Shown one piece after another: positions 56,405-64,000 of a stretch of 64,000 bases of DNA (position 1 is the stretch's first letter; each line of letters opens with the position of its first letter). Source of the DNA: a virus; IMG/VR virus record IMGVR_UViG_3300043427_003402; one strand, 5' to 3'. The notes under the pieces are model-generated. The model saw only the letters and a list, made by a program, of their open reading frames with translations. It ran no database searches and was not told the DNA's origin. Position numbers and translations under genes: made by a program.

Positions 56405-56923
56405 TCAGATGAAACGGATCTGCCAGTTCACCGAGAGGCGAAGCTGCTGGAATTTGTAAACTCCGGGAAACTTAAACCGGGCAAACAGAAGCCCCCCTGC
56501 AGACTTGAGGCCGACTTCCGTATACGTGTAGCCCGTACCGACGTCACGGGGCAGGGTGCTTGAAAACACGACGCTGTCTTCCTCGGCGGGATACCCGACA
56601 GGGCGAATGATGTTCGACGCGATGATCTCGTTATTCAGCGCGGTGTCTGTCCGCAGAGGCTCGGTCGTAGTACCATCTGCTTGCCCGACGCCCCACGCCA
56701 CGGTCGCAATCGGCCCATCCGTTTCACCCGCGAGCGACCGCGCCATAATTTTCCGTGCGCTGTACGTGATCGTATTGAACCGGTGGTAAGAAACCACCTT
56801 ACCGTGATCGGGGCTGGTAGGGTCGTCGATTGTCCCCTCAATTCCGACGATACCGAAGTAACCCGTGTCGACGTGCTCGATCTTTTTCAGGATCTCCGCC
56901 TCGGAGGGTGGTTTATCGTGCAT
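56405..56923 (-). CDS. Tail-collar/fibre protein
   Basis: N.I...R; G.G...P..TDTAL; TEVGL...LFAR..F; V.W.I.F. Confidence 0.7.
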   Translation of the reverse strand: MHDKPPSEAEILKKIEHVDTGYFGIVGIEGTIDDPTSPDHGKVVSYHRFNTITYSARKIMARSLAGETDGPIATVAWGVGQADGTTTEPLRTDTALNNEIIASNIIRPVGYPAEEDSVVFSSTLPRDVGTGYTYTEVGLKSAGGLLFARFKFPGVYKFQQLRLSVNWQIRFI

Positions 56924-56927
56924 GAAC

Positions 56928-57803
56928 TTAAAGTCCTATATCGTGCAGAACGTCGCCCATCTCGGCCGCTATTCGTTTACGCAGCTGTAACAGCGTCTCT
57001 TCTAAGTCTTTACTAATCTGATTATAGCTCCGACCGATCTGTACGCCAAAGCCATTAACCCCAGGGACCAGTTCACCGTCTTCAATTACTGTTAGCTTAC
57101 CTGTAATCGCTCGTTTGTTGTGCTCGGCGTCTTCAAAGTAGATTCCAAGGTACTGGCAAACCAGAACACCCTCTACCGCAGGCAGTTCCGCAAGCAGCTC
57201 CAGTATCTCCTTTGTGAGGGCTGCGGAGACGTACTGGTTCTCGGCCGAACCTGAAACGAGTTGCGCGTCGGCGGCCAGCGCCGCGACCGCGGAGAAGTCA
57301 TCGTCGGTAGTATCGGTGCCAGTTTCGTACTGCCTGAAGTTAGGGGCGTCAAACGACCACGTGCCCGCGGCCAGCGCACGAAGTTGAAACTTGCTGAACT
57401 TTTCGTAACTTTTACGCTCCGCTTCCGTCACGCTGTTGGGGTCGCGCTCCAGCTTGTTCAAGTGCGTCTTCAGCTCAACGAGCTTCAGGAAAGGAATGGT
57501 AGCCATGTAACCCATTTTGCTCATGTGATCCGTCAACGCGCGCTTAATAATCCAAAAGGCATACGTTATCAACTTGTTCTTGCAGGTCAGGTCGAACGTT
57601 TTGATAGCCGTCATCATGCCGATGTTGGCCTCTTGCATGACGTCTTCCATCGCCACCCAATCTGGGTACGTGATACGGTTAACGAGCATCTTTATAAAAG
57701 AGCGGTGCCGCTTCAGCAGCGCCATCATCGCATCGCCATCTCCGGACTGCGCACGGCGGATGAGTTCAAGCTCGTCAGTCTTTTCTTTGCTCACTCTGGG
57801 CAT
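56928..57803 (-). CDS. Phage-encoded sigma70-family RNA polymerase sigma factor
   Basis: ELELIRRAQSGD..A...L; EDVMQEANIGMMTAIKTFD..TYAFWII (region 2). Confidence 0.85.
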   Translation of the reverse strand: MPRVSKEKTDELELIRRAQSGDGDAMMALLKRHRSFIKMLVNRITYPDWVAMEDVMQEANIGMMTAIKTFDLTCKNKLITYAFWIIKRALTDHMSKMGYMATIPFLKLVELKTHLNKLERDPNSVTEAERKSYEKFSKFQLRALAAGTWSFDAPNFRQYETGTDTTDDDFSAVAALAADAQLVSGSAENQYVSAALTKEILELLAELPAVEGVLVCQYLGIYFEDAEHNKRAITGKLTVIEDGELVPGVNGFGVQIGRSYNQISKDLEETLLQLRKRIAAEMGDVLHDIGL

Positions 57804-58185
57804 TCGTCTTTATCCTGTACTGTACTGTAGGGTCATTCTGGTAAGACAACACGGCACGTCGGACTACTAATGAGTGAGTGTCGTGCAACTGCTTTGGCGC
57901 GCAGACCATCAGGATAGTTCTACTGAGATCAGTTAGGTCAAAATTCTCGGGCCGTTCCGCCGTGGCGGCTAACGCCTCAAACTCTAACCGGTTCTCATCA
58001 AAGGTTAAGCTGAAGTCACGGCAAAAGCAACCGTTTTCTGCAAGCAGAATTAACGATGTTTCAACAGCCACACAAAATTCTAAAAAGTTCATTGCTTTTT
58101 CTGCGCTCGCCTGCGCAAGCATTTCCTGTACGGCGGCAGTCGCCTGCGTTGTCAAGTCGCACTCGGAAACTTTTTCGGAAATCAT
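57775..58185 (-). CDS. Hypothetical protein
   Basis: AAAGG SD; overlaps the sigma gene start. Confidence 0.55.
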   Translation of the reverse strand: MISEKVSECDLTTQATAAVQEMLAQASAEKAMNFLEFCVAVETSLILLAENGCFCRDFSLTFDENRLEFEALAATAERPENFDLTDLSRTILMVCAPKQLHDTHSLVVRRAVLSYQNDPTVQYRIKTNAQSEQRKD

Positions 58186-58251
58186 CGCGCACCTTTCTGT
58201 AGAATTAGAATGTTTAGGTGATAACTATAATGAGCACCCAAGGAGGACACT

Positions 58252-60192
58252 ATGGCAGTACAGAGAATGATTCGACCTGGCGTCGAAATTCAACAAGAGT
58301 TCGCATCCCAGACAGCTTCGCTGTCAGCGGCCCCGCTCCTCCCGACGGTAATCGTTGGGGTGAACGTGCAGTCCGTCGCCGGAGCGTCTGCTGGTGATTA
58401 TACTGGTACCAGCTTGGTTTTTGCATACCCAAATTTGGAATTTGGCGCAGTCGTCGACCTTAGCTCGGTCGCGGTCACGTTGAAGAACGTAAAGCTGCGC
58501 GTTTTGGCTCGCGCCACCGTCGACACGACTTTCACGAACGACGTTGCCACCAGCAGCTCAAGTAACTTCCTGACGGCCAACGTTGCGCCCGACGACTTGT
58601 TTATTGCCACTTCTGGTAGCATCTCGTACACCGCTAAGGTGCTGGCGGTCGTGTCCGCGACAGAATTGAAACTCGATCGGTACCTGCCATTCGCGACCGC
58701 TTCGTTTAAGATCCTGCGCGCTTCGTCCGACCTGCAGGTGGCCGCCGCGAACGTTACGGCCGACACCTCGACGGTCACGGTTGCCGCGAGCTTGGCGGTC
58801 GGCGGGTTGCCGATTGACGCCGGCAACGTCTTCGTGTCGTTTGACGCCGTGCGCACCTTGACGCAGAACACGCTGACCGAAATTACAACGGCCGCCGAGA
58901 TTACCGGTAAGCTGGGCGCTCCGTCGCTGAAGAACAAGTTGGCGCTCGGGGTACAGTGCGCGAAGGGCAACACGATCACGCCTGTTTACGCCCTCGCAAT
59001 CGCCAACGAGTCGCCCGCCGCGTATTTGGAAGCTTTCGACTTTTTGACCAACAGCCAGGCCGGTACGGACGGCATTTACACTATTGTTGCCTTGACGCAG
59101 GACACCACTGTTGCCTCGATGCTCAAGCAGCACGTTGAGCAGATGGCCGACCCGGTGCGGTCTAAGTTCCGTACGGCCATCGTCAACTTGCCGCATCCGA
59201 CCGAAGCCACCGTTATTCAGCAGACCGAAGTAGGCAGCTTGACACGGGCGTCTGGCTTCGTTACGTTGGCCCACCCGACGGCCAGCTTTAGCGGCGTCGT
59301 GAACGTCGGCGATTACGTGACGGTCTCGGCGCGTACGACTACTGCGCCGCTGACGGCCAATGCGGCCCGTGCCGGCGTGTACCGGGTGTTGGCGGTTCAA
59401 AGCAACGGCGTGTTGCAGTTGGACAGCCAGTTTTACACGGGCGGCAACGGCAACTACGTTACGGGCGCAGCGATCGCAGCCGATTTCGCAGCAGACTCGG
59501 TGGACTTCAAAATTATTCGCGTACTGGATAAAGCCGGCCAAGCGCAAGCGATCGCTGAGACCGCTTCCTCCTTCGGTAACCGCCGCATCATCTACGTGAC
59601 CAACGCCACCTGCACGCTGACAATCGGCACAGCAGACGTACAAGTCCCTGGCTACTATTTGGCAGCCGCCATCGCGGGCATGTCGTCCGGCAACCAGCCG
59701 CATCAAGGCTTCACCAACCTTGGCCTGAGCGGTGTCAAAGCCGTGCAATTTGGCAACACCTACTTTAAAGAAGACCAGATGGGTCTGATTGCGGGCTCTG
59801 GCGGGTTCTTGGTGGAGCAGCGCTCGCCGACTGCGCTTCCGACTGCGTTCTACCAGACCACCACGGACACCAGCCGCTTGGAGACCAAGGAATACTCGAT
59901 CACCAAGACTGTTGACTACTTCTGCATCGGGCTCAAAGCGCAGCTGCAGCGCCAGATTGGCATCGCAAACGTGTACGCCGGGACTCTGGCGGCGTTGGCG
60001 AACGCGGTCGAAGCGTGGCACACGTACTTGAAGGACCGCTCATTCCCCTTGATCGGTTCGCCGTTGCTCGACGCCAAGCTGTCCTCAGTCGTGCAAGATC
60101 CACTGCAACGCGACACGGTTATCATCGTGGATGACATCACTGTTCCGACCCCCCTGAACCGCGTCCGCGTGCGCGTACGTGTAGCCATCTAA
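58252..60192 (+). CDS. Tail sheath protein
   Basis: RPGVEIQQEF; H...M....R; VPGYYLAAAIAG..P.QG.TN; E.SI....DY; PLN..... Confidence 0.9.
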   Translation: MAVQRMIRPGVEIQQEFASQTASLSAAPLLPTVIVGVNVQSVAGASAGDYTGTSLVFAYPNLEFGAVVDLSSVAVTLKNVKLRVLARATVDTTFTNDVATSSSSNFLTANVAPDDLFIATSGSISYTAKVLAVVSATELKLDRYLPFATASFKILRASSDLQVAAANVTADTSTVTVAASLAVGGLPIDAGNVFVSFDAVRTLTQNTLTEITTAAEITGKLGAPSLKNKLALGVQCAKGNTITPVYALAIANESPAAYLEAFDFLTNSQAGTDGIYTIVALTQDTTVASMLKQHVEQMADPVRSKFRTAIVNLPHPTEATVIQQTEVGSLTRASGFVTLAHPTASFSGVVNVGDYVTVSARTTTAPLTANAARAGVYRVLAVQSNGVLQLDSQFYTGGNGNYVTGAAIAADFAADSVDFKIIRVLDKAGQAQAIAETASSFGNRRIIYVTNATCTLTIGTADVQVPGYYLAAAIAGMSSGNQPHQGFTNLGLSGVKAVQFGNTYFKEDQMGLIAGSGGFLVEQRSPTALPTAFYQTTTDTSRLETKEYSITKTVDYFCIGLKAQLQRQIGIANVYAGTLAALANAVEAWHTYLKDRSFPLIGSPLLDAKLSSVVQDPLQRDTVIIVDDITVPTPLNRVRVRVRVAI

Positions 60193-60202
60193 GAGGTGAC
60201 CA

Positions 60203-60976
60203 ATGGCGGATAAAATTAGCGATCTCCTTAAACGTCTCGACGCGCTGTACCCTGTCGTTAAGAACACGGACGACCTCAACCCTTGGGATAAAATGGTTCA
60301 GTTCGAGGACGACGCAAATAAAGTGGCGTCGGGCGACACCACGATTGCGTTTTCGGGGCCGCCTATCTTCAGAAAGGGCGGCAACACGACGATAGACATT
60401 GCGACGTGGGAGCAATTCTTGGTTCCCATCGGGGCGCTCCAAGGCTTCTCGGACAACTCGACTAACAACGTCGTGCCGTTTCCGGAAATCGGAAGCCGCC
60501 TGAAGCGCGCTGCGCGCGGCCAAGCCAGCTATCAGCTTAGCATCCAGCGGGTACTCACCTACCACTCTAACATTATGCACGCGTGTTACGCGTGGTTGAA
60601 GAACATGACAAACACGGCGGGCGGAGTTGATCTCCACCGGTTCCCTAGCGAAAAGAAGCGGCCAACAGACTCCGGGTCAACGTCCCCCCATTTCACCACG
60701 TTCGAATCCGAGTTGTTTGGGGTGCCGTTCGGGCTGCTGCTGGCGACGCTGACCGCTGACGGCACCGTTATGTGTCAAGAGTATTACGAGCGCTGCTACC
60801 TCTTAAACCACGGCAAGCAAGTGGGGGCAGGCCAGCCTATGATCCAAGAGGCGGTCAGTATAATGGCGAGCCGCAAGGTGCCAGCCGACGATCTGACACT
60901 CTCGATGGAGGCTACCGCGCTAAGCACCTACAACTGGCCAGATCCGGACGCGGGCACCACGACCACCGCTATATAA
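60203..60976 (+). CDS. Tail tube-like protein
   Basis: Follows the sheath; PIG.LQ.F...EIGS; SELF.VPFGL; YYE.C. Confidence 0.75.
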   Translation: MADKISDLLKRLDALYPVVKNTDDLNPWDKMVQFEDDANKVASGDTTIAFSGPPIFRKGGNTTIDIATWEQFLVPIGALQGFSDNSTNNVVPFPEIGSRLKRAARGQASYQLSIQRVLTYHSNIMHACYAWLKNMTNTAGGVDLHRFPSEKKRPTDSGSTSPHFTTFESELFGVPFGLLLATLTADGTVMCQEYYERCYLLNHGKQVGAGQPMIQEAVSIMASRKVPADDLTLSMEATALSTYNWPDPDAGTTTTAI

Positions 60977-60989
60977 CGGGTAATTTATC

Positions 60990-61754
60990 TTGGCTAGCAG
61001 CCTGCACACTATCCTTGGGCAGTTGTTGGGATACACCGCCACCACCGGTAAGCCCGCAGCCGCCCAAGACAAAGACTACGTCGGTACACCGGAGACGCCT
61101 CTACTTCTGGCGTCTCCGGATCATACATTCATTTGCGCCGGGCCACCGCTTCTCCGCCTAGTGCCAGCTTATGCGCCCGTTCCGATCGGCCTCATCAGCG
61201 GCTTTGTTGAAACCAACCAGCGCCCCAGTATGGCGGTTACGGAGTTCGGCGCAAACTACCGGCAAACTCTCAGTGGCGTGGCGTCGCACAGCTTGACGCT
61301 GCAGCGCGTGATCGGCCTTTACGCAAACTTAGTTGGCGCGCTTTACGCGTGGCTCCCAAAAGACGTCGTTTTTGACTTGGAGCCGAATGTAGCCGGCGCG
61401 CAAGCTGGCCAAAAGGTTAGCTTCACCAGCGACTTGCTGCACGTGCCCTTTGGTTTGTATGTATGCCAGACAACCGAAGCACTAGAGTTTATCAGCGCGA
61501 CCTACTACGAGAATTGTCTCATTTCAGGCCGCGGCCGGGCGATTACCGCCGGCGAAGCGGTTATTACCGAGAATGTGCAGTTGGCTTTTGAGCGCGACCT
61601 CCCCGCACAAAACCTTCTAACAAAACTTGGTACCCACGCGTTTAACTTCCCTGCCACCGCCGGCCCGCACGCGCCTAGCGCCCCGGAGGATTTCGCGGCG
61701 GCGGCACCACCGGTCCTGCTTGCCCCCCGTTCAGGCGCGCCGCCGAACCCGTAG
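60990..61754 (+). CDS. Second tail tube-like paralogue
   Basis: PIGL..F..EFG..L.LQRV..LYAWL..SDL.HVPFGL..YYENC, shared with 60203. Confidence 0.7.
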   Translation: MASSLHTILGQLLGYTATTGKPAAAQDKDYVGTPETPLLLASPDHTFICAGPPLLRLVPAYAPVPIGLISGFVETNQRPSMAVTEFGANYRQTLSGVASHSLTLQRVIGLYANLVGALYAWLPKDVVFDLEPNVAGAQAGQKVSFTSDLLHVPFGLYVCQTTEALEFISATYYENCLISGRGRAITAGEAVITENVQLAFERDLPAQNLLTKLGTHAFNFPATAGPHAPSAPEDFAAAAPPVLLAPRSGAPPNP

Positions 61755-61756
61755 GC

Positions 61757-62731
61757 TTACTGGTAGTAGCCAGTGATTGGATCTTTTTGTCCAGGTGCAC
61801 GTGGAGCTGCTGGAGCAGGTTGTTCGTCGGTGGTGGGGGCAGCAAATGCGCCCGTATTTTCCTTAGAAAATTCATCGCTTAACCTCGCAAACATCGCGTC
61901 AAAGTCTTCGCCCTCCCAGTTCTGAAAGAATACGTCTTTGCGATCAGGGAAGGCGAAGTCGGTAGGGATTGGCAGGAAGTTAATCACGTTACCGTGATCG
62001 ACCTCGTTGACCGTCAGCAGCTGCCGAACCGCCGAACGATAACGCTCACTAAGTTGAACGCCTGTAACGCGCCAGAACGTGTTAGGTGGAACCATCTCAA
62101 CGATTACGTCTTCGGGCGTTATAATTGTCCAGTTTGATGTCCACATATTAGAGTTTGCGCTTTCCTTGACACGGTTGTCCATCAAGTTAGACCCCTTTGC
62201 CGTCAGCGCCTGCTTTGCGAGGTATATAGGGGACGGACGGTAGTAGCCACCCTCCATACCGGTGCCGAAACACAGTTTACACTCGATGCCCATGTCGCCT
62301 AGCGGCGCCACCGTGCTCGTGCAGCGCGGGCAAGGCGGCCCCGACCGCCTCCGTGTGTAGAGAAACGCCGGTACGCCGTCGAACTTGGCGAGTTTAAACC
62401 GTTCGCGTTTCTGCAACCGCAGGACGTCATTGTTCGGCGCGTTAAGCAAGCTCACCATGTTAGACCTTACTTCACTGCCGTCCGGCGCGGTGTAGCTGCA
62501 GTAATAGTACAGGGACTTGTACTTCGATTGGTTGTTAATCGCGTCAACATGCGCCAGCTTGTCGGCATGCTGTAGCACAGGCTCAAAGCCGCCCGCAGCC
62601 GACTCAGAACGCCACAGCGTAAACCGAACTGGGAATAGGATGTTCTCTGAAAACGACCAGCGCAGTGCAATTCGGTCGAAAGCGACAAATAAGGTTTCCA
62701 GCTTAAACGCGGACATACTTAGAGTAACCAC
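61757..62731 (-). CDS. Neck/head-closure protein with FN3-like N-terminus and Zn finger
   Basis: L.WS..F.LWRSES..GF; GPPCPRC..CKLCFGTGMEGGY. Confidence 0.6.
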   Translation of the reverse strand: MVTLSMSAFKLETLFVAFDRIALRWSFSENILFPVRFTLWRSESAAGGFEPVLQHADKLAHVDAINNQSKYKSLYYYCSYTAPDGSEVRSNMVSLLNAPNNDVLRLQKRERFKLAKFDGVPAFLYTRRRSGPPCPRCTSTVAPLGDMGIECKLCFGTGMEGGYYRPSPIYLAKQALTAKGSNLMDNRVKESANSNMWTSNWTIITPEDVIVEMVPPNTFWRVTGVQLSERYRSAVRQLLTVNEVDHGNVINFLPIPTDFAFPDRKDVFFQNWEGEDFDAMFARLSDEFSKENTGAFAAPTTDEQPAPAAPRAPGQKDPITGYYQ

Positions 62732-63186
62732 AACGGCGAGCTAACGCCCGCGCCACCCAGCGCCTGCGCGATGTTGATCTGTGTCTTGAGCCGGTCCATG
62801 CGCAAGTCCAGCTTTGCGCGAACGTTCTCCGCGATCTGCATCAGCGGCTGCCACTGTTCGTGGATGGGCACCTCTAAGCCGGCGTCAGAGGCAGAGAACT
62901 GGTTGCGTGCATGCCACATGTAAAGCTGCTGCAACGACTCGTACACCGCGGCATCTAACAACATATACCGGTCAGGGAAGTCGTACGCTGAATAGTTTGA
63001 GACAAACGGCGGGCGCAGGTTAAAGTCGTTCATCGCGCGCAAAATGTTCTCAAGGTACTCTTGGTCCGTTAAGTCTTGGGCAATAATTTCGTTAAATTTT
63101 GGAAGGTCACGCAACCGCGCGCGTACCATCGGCACATGCACTGCTACGTTGGGCGCCCCGTTCAGGATGTCTTCTTCCATACCCAT
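62719..63186 (-). CDS. Head-tail adaptor-like protein
   Basis: R..LRD.P..N; D.......A..DFN..PP; RNQ...SD.G; downstream of the capsid gene. Confidence 0.6.
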   Translation of the reverse strand: MGMEEDILNGAPNVAVHVPMVRARLRDLPKFNEIIAQDLTDQEYLENILRAMNDFNLRPPFVSNYSAYDFPDRYMLLDAAVYESLQQLYMWHARNQFSASDAGLEVPIHEQWQPLMQIAENVRAKLDLRMDRLKTQINIAQALGGAGVSSPLWLL

Positions 63187-63243
63187 AATAGACCCCCATA
63201 AAAATAAACCGCCAGCCTTCGCCAGCGGTTCAGGCACCTATGC

Positions 63244-63627
63244 TTAACGCCGTTTACGCTTCGAGCCGTGGGCTTCAGTTTCAGTCTCGGTTTCGGGCTT
63301 TGGCGCCGAGTCATCGGCTGCCGCCGGGGTGTCCGGTTGTGCGTCAGGCTCGGCTTCCTCAATCGAGGGGGTAGTAGGCACAGTGAAGGCGTCCGGCACC
63401 GTCTCCTCCACGGGACGGGCAGGCGCGATGACGCCGCCGTTCAGGGGAGCTTGCGCTTCTGCGTGGATTTCTGCTATCATACCTGCGTCCAGCAGCCGGT
63501 GTCCGCCACCATTAAACCATTTGGTGTAACGCACCTGTTCCACGTTGCGCATTTCGCCTGGTGGAATATGTGTGAAGGCCACTACCGCCGTTGCATCTTG
63601 CATGTTATTCTTGATGATCACGAACAT
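63244..63627 (-). CDS. Hypothetical protein with acidic Pro/Thr tail
   Basis: AGGAG SD; follows the capsid gene. Confidence 0.6.
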   Translation of the reverse strand: MFVIIKNNMQDATAVVAFTHIPPGEMRNVEQVRYTKWFNGGGHRLLDAGMIAEIHAEAQAPLNGGVIAPARPVEETVPDAFTVPTTPSIEEAEPDAQPDTPAAADDSAPKPETETETEAHGSKRKRR

Positions 63628-63685
63628 CGTTTCTCCTACTGATTGGGGGTGAGCCGGTAACTATGCGAGCATTGTTTAGCACGAA

Positions 63686-63714
63686 CGGCTTTCCGGCTGT
63701 TAACCGAAAAGCCG
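63686..63714 (-). terminator. Hairpin after the capsid gene
   Basis: CGGCTTTCCGG..CCGAAAAGCCG inverted repeat just past the stop codon. Confidence 0.4.
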
Positions 63715-63740
63715 CTCGCTCATCCCGTTCACTACCGATG

Positions 63741-63998
63741 TTAGGCCAAGGTTTGCTTGATAGGACCACGAGGATTGAGGATATTACGGGCGACGATTTC
63801 ACGGGTGTTAGTCCGCAAGATGCCGTCACGGAACTCCAAGAACTGCTCGGCGTCGGCCAACATGTAGGCCACGCCCAAGAACCGCTGCGGCGGCAAGTAG
63901 TACAAGATGTTCTCGGGGATGACGTCCTCGTTGTTGGTCAGAACCCACTTGAGGCCGAACCACGACTTGTACTTGAACTGCTCGCCCTTAGGCCCGAA
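63741..63998 (-). CDS. Major capsid protein, 3' fragment (runs off the window; not in ORF track)
   Basis: Manual translation FGPKGEQFKYKSWFGLKWVLTNNEDVIPENILYYLPPQRFLGVAYMLADAEQFLEFRDGILRTNTREIVARNILNPRGPIKQTLA*; resembles an HK97-fold C-terminus; strong codon bias; upstream of adaptor genes. Confidence 0.7.
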   Translation of the reverse strand, partial: FGPKGEQFKYKSWFGLKWVLTNNEDVIPENILYYLPPQRFLGVAYMLADAEQFLEFRDGILRTNTREIVARNILNPRGPIKQTLA

Positions 63999-64000
63999 TT

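Noticed and set aside
58558-60021. Long antisense ORFs (also 6899-7879 and 28325-29182)
   Set aside because: Shadow frames of GC-biased real genes on the opposite strand.
60935-60946. 12-nt match (TGGCCAGATCCG) to the reverse complement of spacer 4359-4378, suggesting self-targeting
   Set aside because: The match is short and internal with mismatched flanks; compatible with chance in 64 kb.
1-64000. tRNA or rRNA genes
   Set aside because: No complete cloverleaf or rRNA was recognised by eye; tRNAscan-SE would be needed to exclude them.

Overview
This is a 64 kb segment of a large, GC-rich (about 60%) myovirus-type phage genome; the host cannot be determined from the sequence. It has four parts. 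(1) A putative AT-rich replication origin and a replication/nucleotide module (1-15.6 kb): primase-helicase, family A DNA polymerase, ThyX, thymidylate kinase, Cas4/RecB-like nuclease, RuvC-like resolvase, DEDDh exonuclease and UvrD-like helicase. (2) A few virion/head genes and an HU-like gene (15.6-21.9 kb). (3) A roughly 17 kb minus-strand cluster of about 45 short accessory genes with several structured non-coding elements (21.9-39.4 kb). (4) Virion morphogenesis genes (39.4-64 kb): baseplate, spike, portal, tail fibre, sheath, two tube-like proteins, neck proteins and the 3' end of the major capsid gene, plus a phage sigma factor. The most notable item is a catalytically intact TnpB with no tnpA. 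It is bracketed by two diverged, structure-conserving omegaRNA scaffolds, each followed by short repeat-spacer units whose repeat (GGGA[A/C]GCC[A/G]A) copies the scaffold 3' end. This is a candidate multi-guide TnpB/proto-CRISPR system. A third, orphan omegaRNA with a canonical IS608-type right end lies at 21.2 kb. Also notable are a tandem array of three long rod-shaped RNAs whose G.U pairs indicate minus-strand folding, a double-pseudoknot leader, and a 23-bp hairpin motif repeated before ribosome binding sites. All protein calls come from motif recognition by eye; no searches were run.
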